Assembly (NCBI GenBank): GCA_038060895.1
Contig: JBBTCT010000020.1
Coordinates: 32,001-96,000 of the forward strand
Length of the DNA stretch: 64,000 bases
Direction of reading: 5' to 3'
Origin: Planctomycetota bacterium
GTDB taxonomy: Bacteria; Planctomycetota; MHYJ01; WSZJ01
Position numbers and translations under genes: made by a program. Below are positions 37,139 through 46,436 of the stretch, one piece after another. The notes beneath the pieces are model-generated. The model was not told where the DNA came from. It saw only the letters and a program-made list of their open reading frames with translations, and did not search any database. Within the stretch, counting starts at the first letter, position 1. Each line of letters opens with the position of its first letter.

Positions 37139-38124
37139 CGGCGCTCACTCGCAACAGGTTCGCCTGGGCCATCGTCGCGGGCCTCGCGTTCGCGGCGGCC
37201 GCGGCGTTGCTCGCGCCGATGATCGGCTCTCGCTTCATTGGATGGCAGTCCTGGCCGGGCGATTCCGGCGGCACGGTCGAGCAGCAGATCTTTCACACGC
37301 TCCGCCTCCCGCGCGTCCTCCTTGGCCTCGTCGTCGGCGCGACGCTCGCGATGTCGGGCGCGGCCATGCAGGGATGGCTCCGCAACCCGCTCGCTTCCGA
37401 GTACACGCTGGGCATCTCGAGCGGCGCGGCGTTCGTTGCGCTCCTCGCCGGCGAAACCGCGCTCGCCAGCGTCCCGGGCGGCGTCCCTGTCGCCGGCATG
37501 ATCGGCGGCCTCACCGCGATCGGGCTCGTCTGGGCTCTCGCGCGCCGCCGCGGCGGCCTGGCGCCTGGGGACACGGTGCTGACAGGAATCACGGTCTCGC
37601 TCCTCTTCTCGGCCCTCACCATCATCGCGCTCAACAAAGTCGCCAGCACCCGCGCCGTCCACGTCGTCCGCTGGCTCACCGGCGGCCTCGACACAGCCGG
37701 CTATGACGCACTGCGTCAATGCGCCCCCTGGTGCGCCGTCTCCATGGTCATCCTCATGGCCGCTTCACGCGACCTCCACCAGCTCGCCGCCGGCGAAGAC
37801 CTCGCCGCCACCCGCGGCGTCCGCGTCGGCCGCGCCCAGCTCCTCACCCTCCTCGGCGCCTCCCTCGGCACGGCCGCTGCCGTCTCCGTCTGCGGCCCCA
37901 TCGGGTTCGTGGGGCTCATCGTCCCGCATTGCGTCCGCCTCCTCACCGGCCCCGACGCCCGCCTCGCCCTCCCCATCTCCGCCCTCGCCGGCGCCGGGTT
38001 CCTTGCGCTCTGCGACGGCGCGGCGCGGTACTTTTCCAGGCCCGAAGAGCTTCCCGTCGGCGTCATCACCGCCACGATCGGGGGGCCGTTCTTTCTTTGG
38101 CTTCTGAGAGCTCGAAGAAACTGA
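37135..38124 (+). CDS. FecCD/BtuC-family ABC permease
   Basis: LRLPR, RNPLAS, GISSGA, GPIGFVGLIVPH, ELPVGVIT, GGPFFLWLL. Confidence 0.95.
   Translation: MTALTRNRFAWAIVAGLAFAAAAALLAPMIGSRFIGWQSWPGDSGGTVEQQIFHTLRLPRVLLGLVVGATLAMSGAAMQGWLRNPLASEYTLGISSGAAFVALLAGETALASVPGGVPVAGMIGGLTAIGLVWALARRRGGLAPGDTVLTGITVSLLFSALTIIALNKVASTRAVHVVRWLTGGLDTAGYDALRQCAPWCAVSMVILMAASRDLHQLAAGEDLAATRGVRVGRAQLLTLLGASLGTAAAVSVCGPIGFVGLIVPHCVRLLTGPDARLALPISALAGAGFLALCDGAARYFSRPEELPVGVITATIGGPFFLWLLRARRN
37703..37719. promoter_or_regulatory. 17-bp palindrome copy 2, ATGACGCACTGCGTCAA (inside the permease CDS)
   Basis: 16/17 identical to copy 1; spelled by codons TAT GAC GCA CTG CGT CAA. Confidence 0.7.
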
Positions 38125-38244
38125 TGAGCGTCAGCCTGAGGCAAACTGAACCGCGCCGGATTATCTCGTAGCCGGCCCCTTGCCCTTCCCGATCCCGGTG
38201 GTAGCCTCGTCATCCCTCTAAAACTTCCACCAAAGGAGACCGCC

Positions 38245-38817
38245 ATGCCCAAGCTCGCAACCCGCCGTGCCCCGAAGACCGCTCCCCGCGCCGCCAAGGC
38301 GAAGGCCAAAGCCGTGAAACCGATCCCGGACGGCTACCACACGATTACGCCGTCGCTCACAGTCCGCAACGCCGCGGGCGCCATCGAGTTCTTCAAGAAG
38401 GCCCTCGGCGCCGAGTTGCACGGCGAAGTCTGCGCCTGCGAGGACACCGGCAAGATCATGCACGCCGAGATGAAAGTCGGAACCTCGATCTTCTTCCTCG
38501 GGGACGAAGCGCCGCAGATGGGCTGCGCGGCGACGCAGAGCTCGCTCTTCCTCTATGTGAAGGACGCCGACGCGTCGATCGAGCGCGCGGTGAAGGCGGG
38601 GGCGACGCTGAAGTACCCCGCGAGCGACATGTTCTGGGGCGACCGGGTGGGCGGGGTGGCTGACCCGTTCGGGAACACGTGGACGTTCGCGACGCACAAG
38701 AAGGACCTGACGGGGAAGCAAATCGAAGCGGCGAAGCAGGAGTTCGTGGCGGCGATGAAGGCGAAGGCGCAGGGCGGCTGCTGTGGCGGGTCGTCGGACT
38801 GCGGCTCGAAGCAGTAA
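38245..38817 (+). CDS. VOC/glyoxalase (PhnB-like) protein with a Cys-rich tail
   Basis: IPDGYHTITPSL, AIEFFKKALGA, IMHAEM, DMFWGDR, DPFG; ends GGCCGGSSDCGSKQ. Confidence 0.92.
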   Translation: MPKLATRRAPKTAPRAAKAKAKAVKPIPDGYHTITPSLTVRNAAGAIEFFKKALGAELHGEVCACEDTGKIMHAEMKVGTSIFFLGDEAPQMGCAATQSSLFLYVKDADASIERAVKAGATLKYPASDMFWGDRVGGVADPFGNTWTFATHKKDLTGKQIEAAKQEFVAAMKAKAQGGCCGGSSDCGSKQ

Positions 38818-38830
38818 GGAAGCCGAATCG

Positions 38831-38864
38831 CGGCGCGGCGGGGGTGACCCTGCCGCGCCGTTTT
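38831..38864 (+). terminator. Intrinsic terminator
   Basis: CGGCGCGGCGGGG-GTGA-CCCTGCCGCGCCG followed by TTTT, between convergent genes. Confidence 0.75.
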
Positions 38865-40002
38865 ATCTCGCCGCCGGAACCACTCGCTCGAACACTCCCG
38901 TGATGTCGAACTCGCGGCCCCCCTGCGGGCTGGTGCGCGGGTACCGCCCCTCAAACGTTCCCTTGAGCCCCGCCACCTTGCCGCCGCGATACTCGACCAC
39001 GACGCTCAGCTCGCCCGAGTAGGAAAACTCGCCGCCGCCGGAGTCTGTGAGCGTGACGTTGCCGTGCAGAAGCGCGAACTTCAACTCGCCTTTGACACCC
39101 GCGGGCTCCAGCAGGAGCTCGCCCTTCGCACCCGTGACGTCGTACACCTTCTTCGTGACCTGGTCCGTCCGCTCCATCACGCCGCCGGGGAACATCTTCG
39201 AGAGCCAGGGGAGAAACGCGGAAGCCTCCAGCTTCGCGGGCTTCGCCGGCACGGCCAGAAGCGCCCAGTCCTCCGTTTCCATCGGGACCACCTCGACGAC
39301 GGGCGCGTAATACGCCGGCATTCCCTTGTCGTTGAGCCGCGTGAAGACGCGGATCGCGGAGTCGGTGCCCTCGGGGAGGCCGGGCAATTTCACCGGTCGC
39401 GGCTCCCCGGGCTCGCCCAGTCCCAGAGTCTTGCGCGCTTCGGCAAGGTTGTCGCGCCAGTGCCCCGCCAGCGCACCGCCCGTCAGCGGCTCCGGCCGGC
39501 CGCCGCTCTTTCGCGGCGTCATCGCGTCCCATTTCCGCACCAGCTTTCCCTGAGCGTCCAGCACGCACGCATCGACGTTCGACTGCTGCCCGCCGCCGGG
39601 GCCCGGCTTGAACTTCGCCGCCCACACCTCCTGCACCACCTCCGGGATGTCCTTGTCGTCCCGGTGCCCGTGCCACGACACCACCACGAACTCCTTCAGC
39701 ATCGCGGCGACCGCCGCGTCGGCGAGGGCGAGCCCCCGCGCCTGCGTCGCCGTCGCTCAGCAGTGCCCTGTGATCATGTCGCCGTACTTCGCGTGGATCA
39801 CGACGAGCAGGACGGGGCGCTTCTCCTTTGAAGCGCGCTTCTGCGCTTCCGCAAGATCGTCCGCCCAGTCGAGCCGGTACATCGCGAGGTCGTCGTCGCC
39901 GGGGCGGAGTTCGGTGAAGCGGGTGAGCGCCTTCTGGGCTTCGGCGTTCTGGGCCGCGGCGGGAAGGGAAATGAGCAGCGCGAGCGCGAGGGTGCGTTTC
40001 AT
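38863..40002 (-). CDS. Putative exported selenoprotein, SelN/thioredoxin-like, Cys81-Sec82 (379 aa by UGA readthrough)
   Basis: ATG 40002 with signal peptide; in-frame TGA at 39757-39759 in GHC*ATATQARGLALADAAVAAMLKEFVVVSW; the frame stays open to TAA at 38863. Confidence 0.8.
39721..39742 (-). promoter_or_regulatory. Candidate bacterial SECIS hairpin
   Basis: GGCG-C-GGG-[GGCUCG]-CCC-U-CGCC starts 14 nt after the UGA; the apical loop starts with G and lies 22 nt from the UGA. Confidence 0.5.
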
Positions 40003-40194
40003 GAAGCAGGAACGCGGCTGCAGGCCGGAAATTGTGCGGTTTGCGGATCTCGCTGTTTTGCACGAACCCGTCTTCCCTCGGGAATTCAGAAAATCTGCCG
40101 TGGGTGGATTGACCCCGCGAGCCTTGTTTCGCTCGATTCCCGGCACTGGCCCGGAACCTCTCCGGGCTTCCTCTTCATCAGCAAGGAGACCGCC

Positions 40195-41007
40195 ATGGGA
40201 CTGACGATTCACTACACGCTCACACTTCCCGCCGAACTGTCGCGGGTCGATGCCGTGCGCCGCGTCGAACAGCTCAGGCGGCGCGCCGCGGCCATCGAGG
40301 GCATCCGCGTCGATACGGCCGTCCGGGAATGTCACGGCCCTTCGCTGAAGAAGGAGCAGGCGAAGGGATTCTTCCTGGGGTGCATCTACGTCCCCGTGAC
40401 CTTTGACGGGAGCGGGCGCCCGCAGGTCGCAGCCGACTGGAGGGACTCCGAAGTTTCGGTCGCCGTGGATCCGGACGAGCTCGCCTTTTTCGGTGTGCGC
40501 GTCCCGGGCTCGGAGACCGCATTCTTCGGCGTGGGTCGCCTGCCCGGCACGTTCGAGCAGGTGGGGGAAGATGGCGCTCCCTCCGCTCGCCTGGACGTTC
40601 CGCGTCACGGGGGGCGGTGGTTCGCGGAATGGGGATGCAAAACCCAGTACGCTTCGGACCCGGCGCTCGGCGGAGACGAGAACTTCCTTCGCGCCCACCT
40701 CTCGGTCGTGGCCGTGCTCGATGCGGCACTCGAGCTCGGTTTCGGCGTCGAGGTCATGGACGAGGGTAACTACCGGGAAACCCGGGACGTCTCCGCTCTT
40801 CTCAAAGAGCTCGGCCGCAACAATCGCCTCGTCGCCGGCTTCGCGGGAATGCTGAAGGATCGCCTGGGCCCCGGCAACCTCGCAGCGCCCATCCTCGCCC
40901 GCGCGGATTTCGAGCGGCTGGAAGCGAGCGCCCCTGCAGATGGAATCGCAGCGAATTTCGAGGGGGCCTTTGGCGACTTGCTTCGGATGACGAAGCGGCG
41001 AGCTTGA
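40195..41007 (+). CDS. Conserved-looking hypothetical protein
   Basis: AGGAG RBS; MGLTIHY start and CKTQYAS...NFLRAHL...DEGNY..TRD motifs, typical of an uncharacterised family. Confidence 0.8.
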   Translation: MGLTIHYTLTLPAELSRVDAVRRVEQLRRRAAAIEGIRVDTAVRECHGPSLKKEQAKGFFLGCIYVPVTFDGSGRPQVAADWRDSEVSVAVDPDELAFFGVRVPGSETAFFGVGRLPGTFEQVGEDGAPSARLDVPRHGGRWFAEWGCKTQYASDPALGGDENFLRAHLSVVAVLDAALELGFGVEVMDEGNYRETRDVSALLKELGRNNRLVAGFAGMLKDRLGPGNLAAPILARADFERLEASAPADGIAANFEGAFGDLLRMTKRRA

Positions 41008-41033
41008 CCTCCCCGCCGAGCCAGGCGATTGGA

Positions 41034-41534
41034 TCAGGATCGCCTGATGAGCGTCGCGTCGCTGCTCGTGGCGACTATGAGACTCTTTCCGCTGAGCGAA
41101 AACCCGAGCGCCTTGATTTCTGTCACGGGTCGGTCCAGAAACCACTCGCCGAGCTCTCCCGTTCGGCCGAACCAGATTTCGTCATCCCTTCCGGACTGCT
41201 TTCGGACAACAAACCAGCCATCCTGAGTCGAAAGGGGCATCGTTCCTCCCCACAGGCCGGCAACGCTGAAATCGATTTCGGAAGCCGGTCCAATCCCTCT
41301 TACCTTTCGTGCGGCTTCGTCTCGCCAGCTCGATTCCCTTTGTGGCACCTCGTAGTCTCGTGCGAGACGCAATCCGGATTCGACGTCAAAGAGTCCCCGA
41401 CCTGAGGAAGAGACAACGAGAAGGTAACGCTCATCGAGAGAGAATCCGACTTCCGACAGTCCGCCGACGAAAAGAGTCGGAAACCGCTTCCACGGAGTCG
41501 GAAGCTCATCCTTACCCGGCGTTGCTGGGCTCAT
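41034..41534 (-). CDS. Hypothetical protein with short beta-repeat character
   Basis: VGGLSEVGFS..RYLLVVSSSGRGLFD...ARD and IKALGFSLSGKSLIVATSSD; lower GC than its flanks. Confidence 0.7.
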   Translation of the reverse strand: MSPATPGKDELPTPWKRFPTLFVGGLSEVGFSLDERYLLVVSSSGRGLFDVESGLRLARDYEVPQRESSWRDEAARKVRGIGPASEIDFSVAGLWGGTMPLSTQDGWFVVRKQSGRDDEIWFGRTGELGEWFLDRPVTEIKALGFSLSGKSLIVATSSDATLIRRS

Positions 41535-41587
41535 GCCGCGAGGATATTCGCTGCCGCGCCCAACTCGAGCCGCTATCGTGCTGCTCG

Positions 41588-42658
41588 ATGTACCGCTCCC
41601 TCGTCTACCCGATCCTCTCCACGCTCGAGCCGGAGCGCGCCCACGGCCTCGCGTTGAAGTCGCTTCGGGCCGCGCAGGCGACGCCCGGCGGCCTCTCGAT
41701 CCTGCGCTGTTTCGCCGGGCCGCGTGACCCGCGGCTCGAAGTCCGGGCGTTTGGGATGACGTTCCCGAACCCTCTGGGCGCGGCGGCGGGGCTCGACAAG
41801 AACGCCGACGCCGCTGCGGCGCTCATGGCGCTCGGGTTCGGGTGCGTCGAGGTCGGCACCGTCACGCCGCGCCCGCAGCCGGGGAACGGCAAGCCGCGCG
41901 TCTGGCGGCTCCCCGAGGCCGCTGCCCTCATCAATTCGCTCGGGTTTCCCTCGAACGGCGCGGCCGCCGTGAAGAAACGTCTCGCGGGCAAGCGCTTCAA
42001 TGGAATCCTCGGCGTAAACCTCGGCAAGAACAAGGACACGCCCGCGGAGAAGGCGCCTGAAGATTACGCGGCGGTATTCGACGCGTTGAAGGACGAGATG
42101 CGCTACGCGGTCGTGAACGTCTCGTCGCCGAACACGCCGGGACTGCGCAGTCTCCAGAGCCGCCGCGCGCTGCTCGACATCCTCGCCGCGGTTGACGAGG
42201 TGAACTCGAAGCTCGCGAAACCGCGCCCGGTGCTCGTGAAGCTCTCTCCCGACCTCGACGACGCTCAGCTCGACGAAGCGTTGGCCGGAGCGCTCGAGGG
42301 CGGCGCTTCCGGCCTCGTCATCTCCAACACCACTCTCGACCGCAGCCTGTTGAAAGACCAGTTCCCCGACCGACCGGGCGGCCTGTCCGGCGCGCCACTT
42401 CGGGACAAGTCGCTGGCGATGCTCCGAAAAGTGCGCGGCAAAGTAGGCAAGCGCCTCCCGCTCATCGGAGCCGGCGGGATCGCGACCGCCGAAGACGCGA
42501 TCGCACGCATGAAGGCCGGCGCTTCGCTCGTCCAGCTCTACACGTCGTTCGTGTACGGCGGGCCTGGGCTGCCGGGGCAGGTCGTGCGCGGGATCGACGA
42601 GTTCGTGAAGAAGGAAAAGCTGCGATCGGTCGAGGAGCTCATCGGCGCGGATGCCTGA
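41588..42658 (+). CDS. pyrD: Dihydroorotate dehydrogenase (quinone, class 2)
   Basis: NPLGAAAGLDKN, GTVTPRPQPGN, NLGKNKDT, NVSSPNTPGLR, KLSPDL, GGLSG, LVQLYT. Confidence 0.97.
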   Translation: MYRSLVYPILSTLEPERAHGLALKSLRAAQATPGGLSILRCFAGPRDPRLEVRAFGMTFPNPLGAAAGLDKNADAAAALMALGFGCVEVGTVTPRPQPGNGKPRVWRLPEAAALINSLGFPSNGAAAVKKRLAGKRFNGILGVNLGKNKDTPAEKAPEDYAAVFDALKDEMRYAVVNVSSPNTPGLRSLQSRRALLDILAAVDEVNSKLAKPRPVLVKLSPDLDDAQLDEALAGALEGGASGLVISNTTLDRSLLKDQFPDRPGGLSGAPLRDKSLAMLRKVRGKVGKRLPLIGAGGIATAEDAIARMKAGASLVQLYTSFVYGGPGLPGQVVRGIDEFVKKEKLRSVEELIGADA

Positions 42659-42666
42659 ACGCGCCT

Positions 42667-44007
42667 TTACTTCGCCTCGACCACGACGATCGACGGAATG
42701 GTCGAGAACGAAAGCCCCGGAAGCGCCGCGCTCAATTTCCCGGTCGCGAGGTCGAGCGTTTTCAGCCCGTACACCCGTTCGGTCGCTTCGACCCACTCGC
42801 CCGGCGGAACTCTTTCGGAAGCGATGGTGAAGACCAGGAGGGATTTTCCGTCCGGCGTCGCGATGGGAGCTGCATAGGCGAGTTTCTCGGTCGCTGCCAG
42901 CTCCACCGGCGCGTCGCCGGCCTTGCCCCCGGAGTCGAGAAGAAGGAGGCGCGTGCGGCACTCCGCAAACCGGTGCTGGTGCGTCGTCTTGTGCGGACAC
43001 GCTCCGAAATCGACGACGGCAATGCGCCTCGAGTCGGACAGCCAGGCCGGTGCGGTCGGTTCCGGGCCGACCGCAAACGTCGAGGCCGCCCTTCCCGCTG
43101 CAACGTCGATGACCTGGACGAGCGGCTTCCTCGCCTCGTCTCTCGGGAGAAGGGTCAGCCGCGAGCCGTCGGGCGACCAGCCCAGCACCATCGACCCCGT
43201 ACCCCCGAGCCCCAGCGAGCAATTCCCCTCCGCTATCTTCCGGGCTTTGACCCCGTCCCAGACGCGCAGCTCATACTTGCGGTAGGTGATGCTCGCGATC
43301 AGGTACGCGTACTGGTCGCCTTTGGGCGACCACGCGCCGTTCAGGTAGAAGAGGCTCTTCAGGTCAAACCGGTCGATCTCGCGGCCGTCCCCGCCTCCCA
43401 GCGCGTCGTGCTCCCGCAGTTCGATCGCTACCGCGCCCTCAGGGCCGGGCCCGCGCGTTCCCCTGCTGAGGATGCTCCGCTTGCCGTCCGGGGAAAAATC
43501 TCCCGGCCCCACGTTTCCGCTGTCTGAGTGAAGGCAAGGCTGCTGCGCAAGCTCGACACGCTCCGTCCCGTCCGTGCGCACGATTGCCGAACGCATCTGC
43601 GCGTCCGAGTCCTCGTGAGGATCGACCCCCTCCGGCACCACGCGATACCGGAACAGCACGCTCTTTCCCCCGTCGCAGAAAACAACGCCGTGGATGGAGC
43701 TCTCAATGTGGCCGCATCCCGGGTGCACGATCTTCGGCATCGTGAAGACACGGGTTTTCGCGCCACCGAGGTCGGAGACGAAGACGGACTCGAGTTCCGT
43801 GAAGAGCACCCTGCGGGTCTGCGGGTGGAACTGGAGACTCGAAGCCTCGTTGGCGAGGACCGCTCCCTTTCCCGTGTCCGCGTCCCACGTCTTGATCTGG
43901 CTGCCTTCGAGATACACGAGCCGCAGGTCCCGGGCTCGCGGCTCCTCGGCGTTCACGTGGCCGGCGACGGCCAGCGCAAGCACGGCTACGGCGCAGGTTC
44001 GCCTCAT
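42667..44007 (-). CDS. Secreted TolB-like beta-propeller protein
   Basis: Signal peptide; FSPDGK, WSPKG, WSPDGS, TPDGK repeats. Confidence 0.82.
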   Translation of the reverse strand: MRRTCAVAVLALAVAGHVNAEEPRARDLRLVYLEGSQIKTWDADTGKGAVLANEASSLQFHPQTRRVLFTELESVFVSDLGGAKTRVFTMPKIVHPGCGHIESSIHGVVFCDGGKSVLFRYRVVPEGVDPHEDSDAQMRSAIVRTDGTERVELAQQPCLHSDSGNVGPGDFSPDGKRSILSRGTRGPGPEGAVAIELREHDALGGGDGREIDRFDLKSLFYLNGAWSPKGDQYAYLIASITYRKYELRVWDGVKARKIAEGNCSLGLGGTGSMVLGWSPDGSRLTLLPRDEARKPLVQVIDVAAGRAASTFAVGPEPTAPAWLSDSRRIAVVDFGACPHKTTHQHRFAECRTRLLLLDSGGKAGDAPVELAATEKLAYAAPIATPDGKSLLVFTIASERVPPGEWVEATERVYGLKTLDLATGKLSAALPGLSFSTIPSIVVVEAK

Positions 44008-44031
44008 GGGTGTCTCCGTCCCACCCGTCCG

Positions 44032-44358
44032 CTACTTCTCGTCCCCGCAGCCGCCATGGTTGTGCCCGCAGCCACACCCGCCCTCGCCGTGCTCGTGCCC
44101 CTTCTCGCCCGGCGCCAGCAGCTCCTTCGCCATGTGCACGCTGCCTTCCGTCGCCGCCTGGCGCAGTTTCAGCCCGACATTCGCGGCCGCGACGAGGTCC
44201 TCGTCCGCAATGCCCAGCTTCCGGCCGGCGTTCACGTGGTACTCGACGCCCGCTTCGAACCCTGCTGCCATCGAAGCGGCGACCGAGAGGAGTTCCGCAA
44301 TAGAGGCGTTGATCGCGCTGGGGTTCTTGGCCGTCGCCGCTGCCGTCTTGTTTTCCAT
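44032..44358 (-). CDS. Carboxymuconolactone decarboxylase/AhpD-like protein with a His/Cys-rich tail
   Basis: AAGGAG RBS; ELLSVAASMAAG...EYHVNAGRKLGI..EDL..A; tail GHEHGEGGCGCGHNHGGCG. Confidence 0.75.
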   Translation of the reverse strand: MENKTAAATAKNPSAINASIAELLSVAASMAAGFEAGVEYHVNAGRKLGIADEDLVAAANVGLKLRQAATEGSVHMAKELLAPGEKGHEHGEGGCGCGHNHGGCGDEK

Positions 44359-44535
44359 CGGGGTGTCTCCTTGAGAGGCGCGGTCGCCGCGCGATGGCCG
44401 GATCTTGGCATGGCGGACCACGAACGGCCAACCAGATTCTCGCGAACCTCCGCGGCCATTTCGGCGTTGAATCCGGGTCGGTCGATCCGCTACATTCCGC
44501 CCGTCGACGTTTCCATTCACGAGAGGAGGCTTCCC

Positions 44536-44589
44536 ATGCAGACGCACGCTCTTGCCGGTGTCGCTGGCGCCTCCGCTTCCGTGATCTAG
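44536..44589 (+). CDS. Putative 17-aa leader peptide upstream of rsgA
   Basis: GAGGAGG followed by ATG at canonical spacing; MQTHALAGVAGASASVI*. Confidence 0.45.
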   Translation: MQTHALAGVAGASASVI

Positions 44590-44721
44590 CCGGTCGTTTT
44601 TCCGGTTGGTCCGGGCGGACGGCGCACGTTCGCCCCGTACTTCGGCTCCCACGCCAGGGCTCCGCCCTGAGCGAGCGAAGCGAGTCGAAGGGACCTCAAC
44701 CAACCGGAGATCTCTCCCATC

Positions 44722-45903
44722 ATGGGAAACGACCATCGCAGGAAGATGCTGGACGGACTTGAAGGGCTGGACAGGAACCAGAAGCGGATGTTGTTCAAGC
44801 GCGCGGCGAAGGTGCGTCGCGCCGCGGCGTATTTCAAGACCTCGCGCAAGGACGAGGAGTGGGACGGGAGCGAGGACGCTCCGTCGGTCGAGCGCAACAT
44901 CCGTCGGCGGAAGGACTCGATCGGCGACTGGGCCGCGAGGCTTTTGCAGCAGGAAGGAGCGCGCGCGGAGACGGCCGGGGACGAAGCGGCGGTCCCGGGA
45001 AGGCCGGCGCTCGTCATCGGCGTGGGGCCGGGAACCTGCCGGGCGGTCGCGGACGGCGAAGAAGTCGACGCGCGCGTTTCCGTCGAAGAAGGGCTCGCGC
45101 CCGGGGACGACGTCCGGCTCGCGGACCGCGGCGGCGGCTGGGAGGTCGTCGAGGTCATGCAGCGCCGGACACGGCTCTCGCGCCCGGACCCGTTCCTGGG
45201 CCACGTGGAAAAGGTCATCGCCGCCAACATCGACGTCGTCGCGATCGTCGCTTCGGCCGCGCAGCCATACTTCCGCCCGCGCCTCGTCGACCGCTTCCTG
45301 ATCGCCGCTGCGTACGGCGGCGCGACGGGCCTTGTCTGCGTCAACAAGTCCGACCTGATGACGCCGGTCGACCGCACCGTCCTCGACGCGCAGCTCCAGG
45401 TCTTCCGCGACGCCGGCTCGCCGGTGGCCGTCGTGTCGGCCGAGTCCGGCGAAGGCCTGCCTGAACTTCGCGAGTTCCTCTCAGGAAAGCTGGCGGCGTT
45501 CGTGGGACAAAGCGGCGTCGGCAAGTCCTCGCTCGTCAACGCCCTCGATCCCTCCTGCGAAATCCGCGTCGGCGAAGTCCAGGAGCGAAGCGGCAAGGGC
45601 AGGCACACGACGACCGGGTCCGCGCTCCTGCAGCTCCAGGGCGGACTGCGCGTCATCGACACCCCCGGAATCCGGTCGTTCGGGTTGTGGGAGATCTCCG
45701 CGCGCGAGCTCTCTTCCTACTTCCCCGAATTCACGCCCCACGTCCCGCAGTGCCGCTTCCGCGACTGCACCCATGACCACGAGCCCGTCTGCGGCGTCAA
45801 GGCCGCCGCGGCGCGCGGCGAGATATCGCAGCCGCGGATGTTCAGCTACTTGCGGATCCTGGAGTCGCTTCAGGGGAAGCGTGAAGGGAAGGTGGAGAGA
45901 TGA
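44722..45903 (+). CDS. rsgA: Ribosome small subunit-dependent GTPase A
   Basis: Circularly permuted GTPase motifs NKSDL, GQSGVGKSS, GRHTTT, DTPG; Zn finger CRFRDCTHDHEPVC. Confidence 0.96.
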   Translation: MGNDHRRKMLDGLEGLDRNQKRMLFKRAAKVRRAAAYFKTSRKDEEWDGSEDAPSVERNIRRRKDSIGDWAARLLQQEGARAETAGDEAAVPGRPALVIGVGPGTCRAVADGEEVDARVSVEEGLAPGDDVRLADRGGGWEVVEVMQRRTRLSRPDPFLGHVEKVIAANIDVVAIVASAAQPYFRPRLVDRFLIAAAYGGATGLVCVNKSDLMTPVDRTVLDAQLQVFRDAGSPVAVVSAESGEGLPELREFLSGKLAAFVGQSGVGKSSLVNALDPSCEIRVGEVQERSGKGRHTTTGSALLQLQGGLRVIDTPGIRSFGLWEISARELSSYFPEFTPHVPQCRFRDCTHDHEPVCGVKAAAARGEISQPRMFSYLRILESLQGKREGKVER

Positions 45904-45988
45904 TGCGAGTCCATCGGGAATTTCGCGCGTTCACGGTTGCTGACCTCAGGACCGGTTCGTCACCAGGACCGAAGGCTCGCGCGCTAGA

Positions 45989-46408
45989 ATGTTCCGAATG
46001 CGACGAGTTCGGGTCTCAACCCGCTTCCTTCTGGCCGCATCCTCGGTCTTGCTCCCCTACACCGGAGTCGGATGCTCTCAACCCACGCTCGCTGAACACT
46101 ACGAAGCCTTCCGTCGCGATCCGAGCGATGAGAACTTGCAGCCGCTCGACAAGGGAGGGCGAGAAGGCGCCGCATTCCTGATTGGGTGGCTCGAACTCCA
46201 CGCGTCCTGGGAGCTCACCGAGTATCCGGATCACTCCGGAAGACTGATTGGGGTCACGAACATCTACGAATTCGGGGACGCAGCTAATTCGTCGCGCCAG
46301 GAAGTCAAGTCAATGCGGGGCGCAAATCTATGGATAACCAACCGAGACGTCCTGAACTGGGCTGATTGTACTCACGGGCTTCACATGCCGAACGGTCCTT
46401 TGAAGTGA
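45989..46408 (+). CDS. Hypothetical protein, possible lipoprotein
   Basis: Hydrophobic N-terminus ending GVGC; lower GC; no recognised domain. Confidence 0.4.
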   Translation: MFRMRRVRVSTRFLLAASSVLLPYTGVGCSQPTLAEHYEAFRRDPSDENLQPLDKGGREGAAFLIGWLELHASWELTEYPDHSGRLIGVTNIYEFGDAANSSRQEVKSMRGANLWITNRDVLNWADCTHGLHMPNGPLK

Positions 46409-46436
46409 TGGAGGACCTAAGTCCGGAGCCTCGGAG

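Noticed and set aside
44664-44720. REP-like fragment CCCTGAGCGAGCGAAGCGAGTCGAAGGG (partial echo GAGCGAGCGAAGCGAG near 55785)
   Set aside because: Only a half element and a short echo; too little to call a repeat family from this window.
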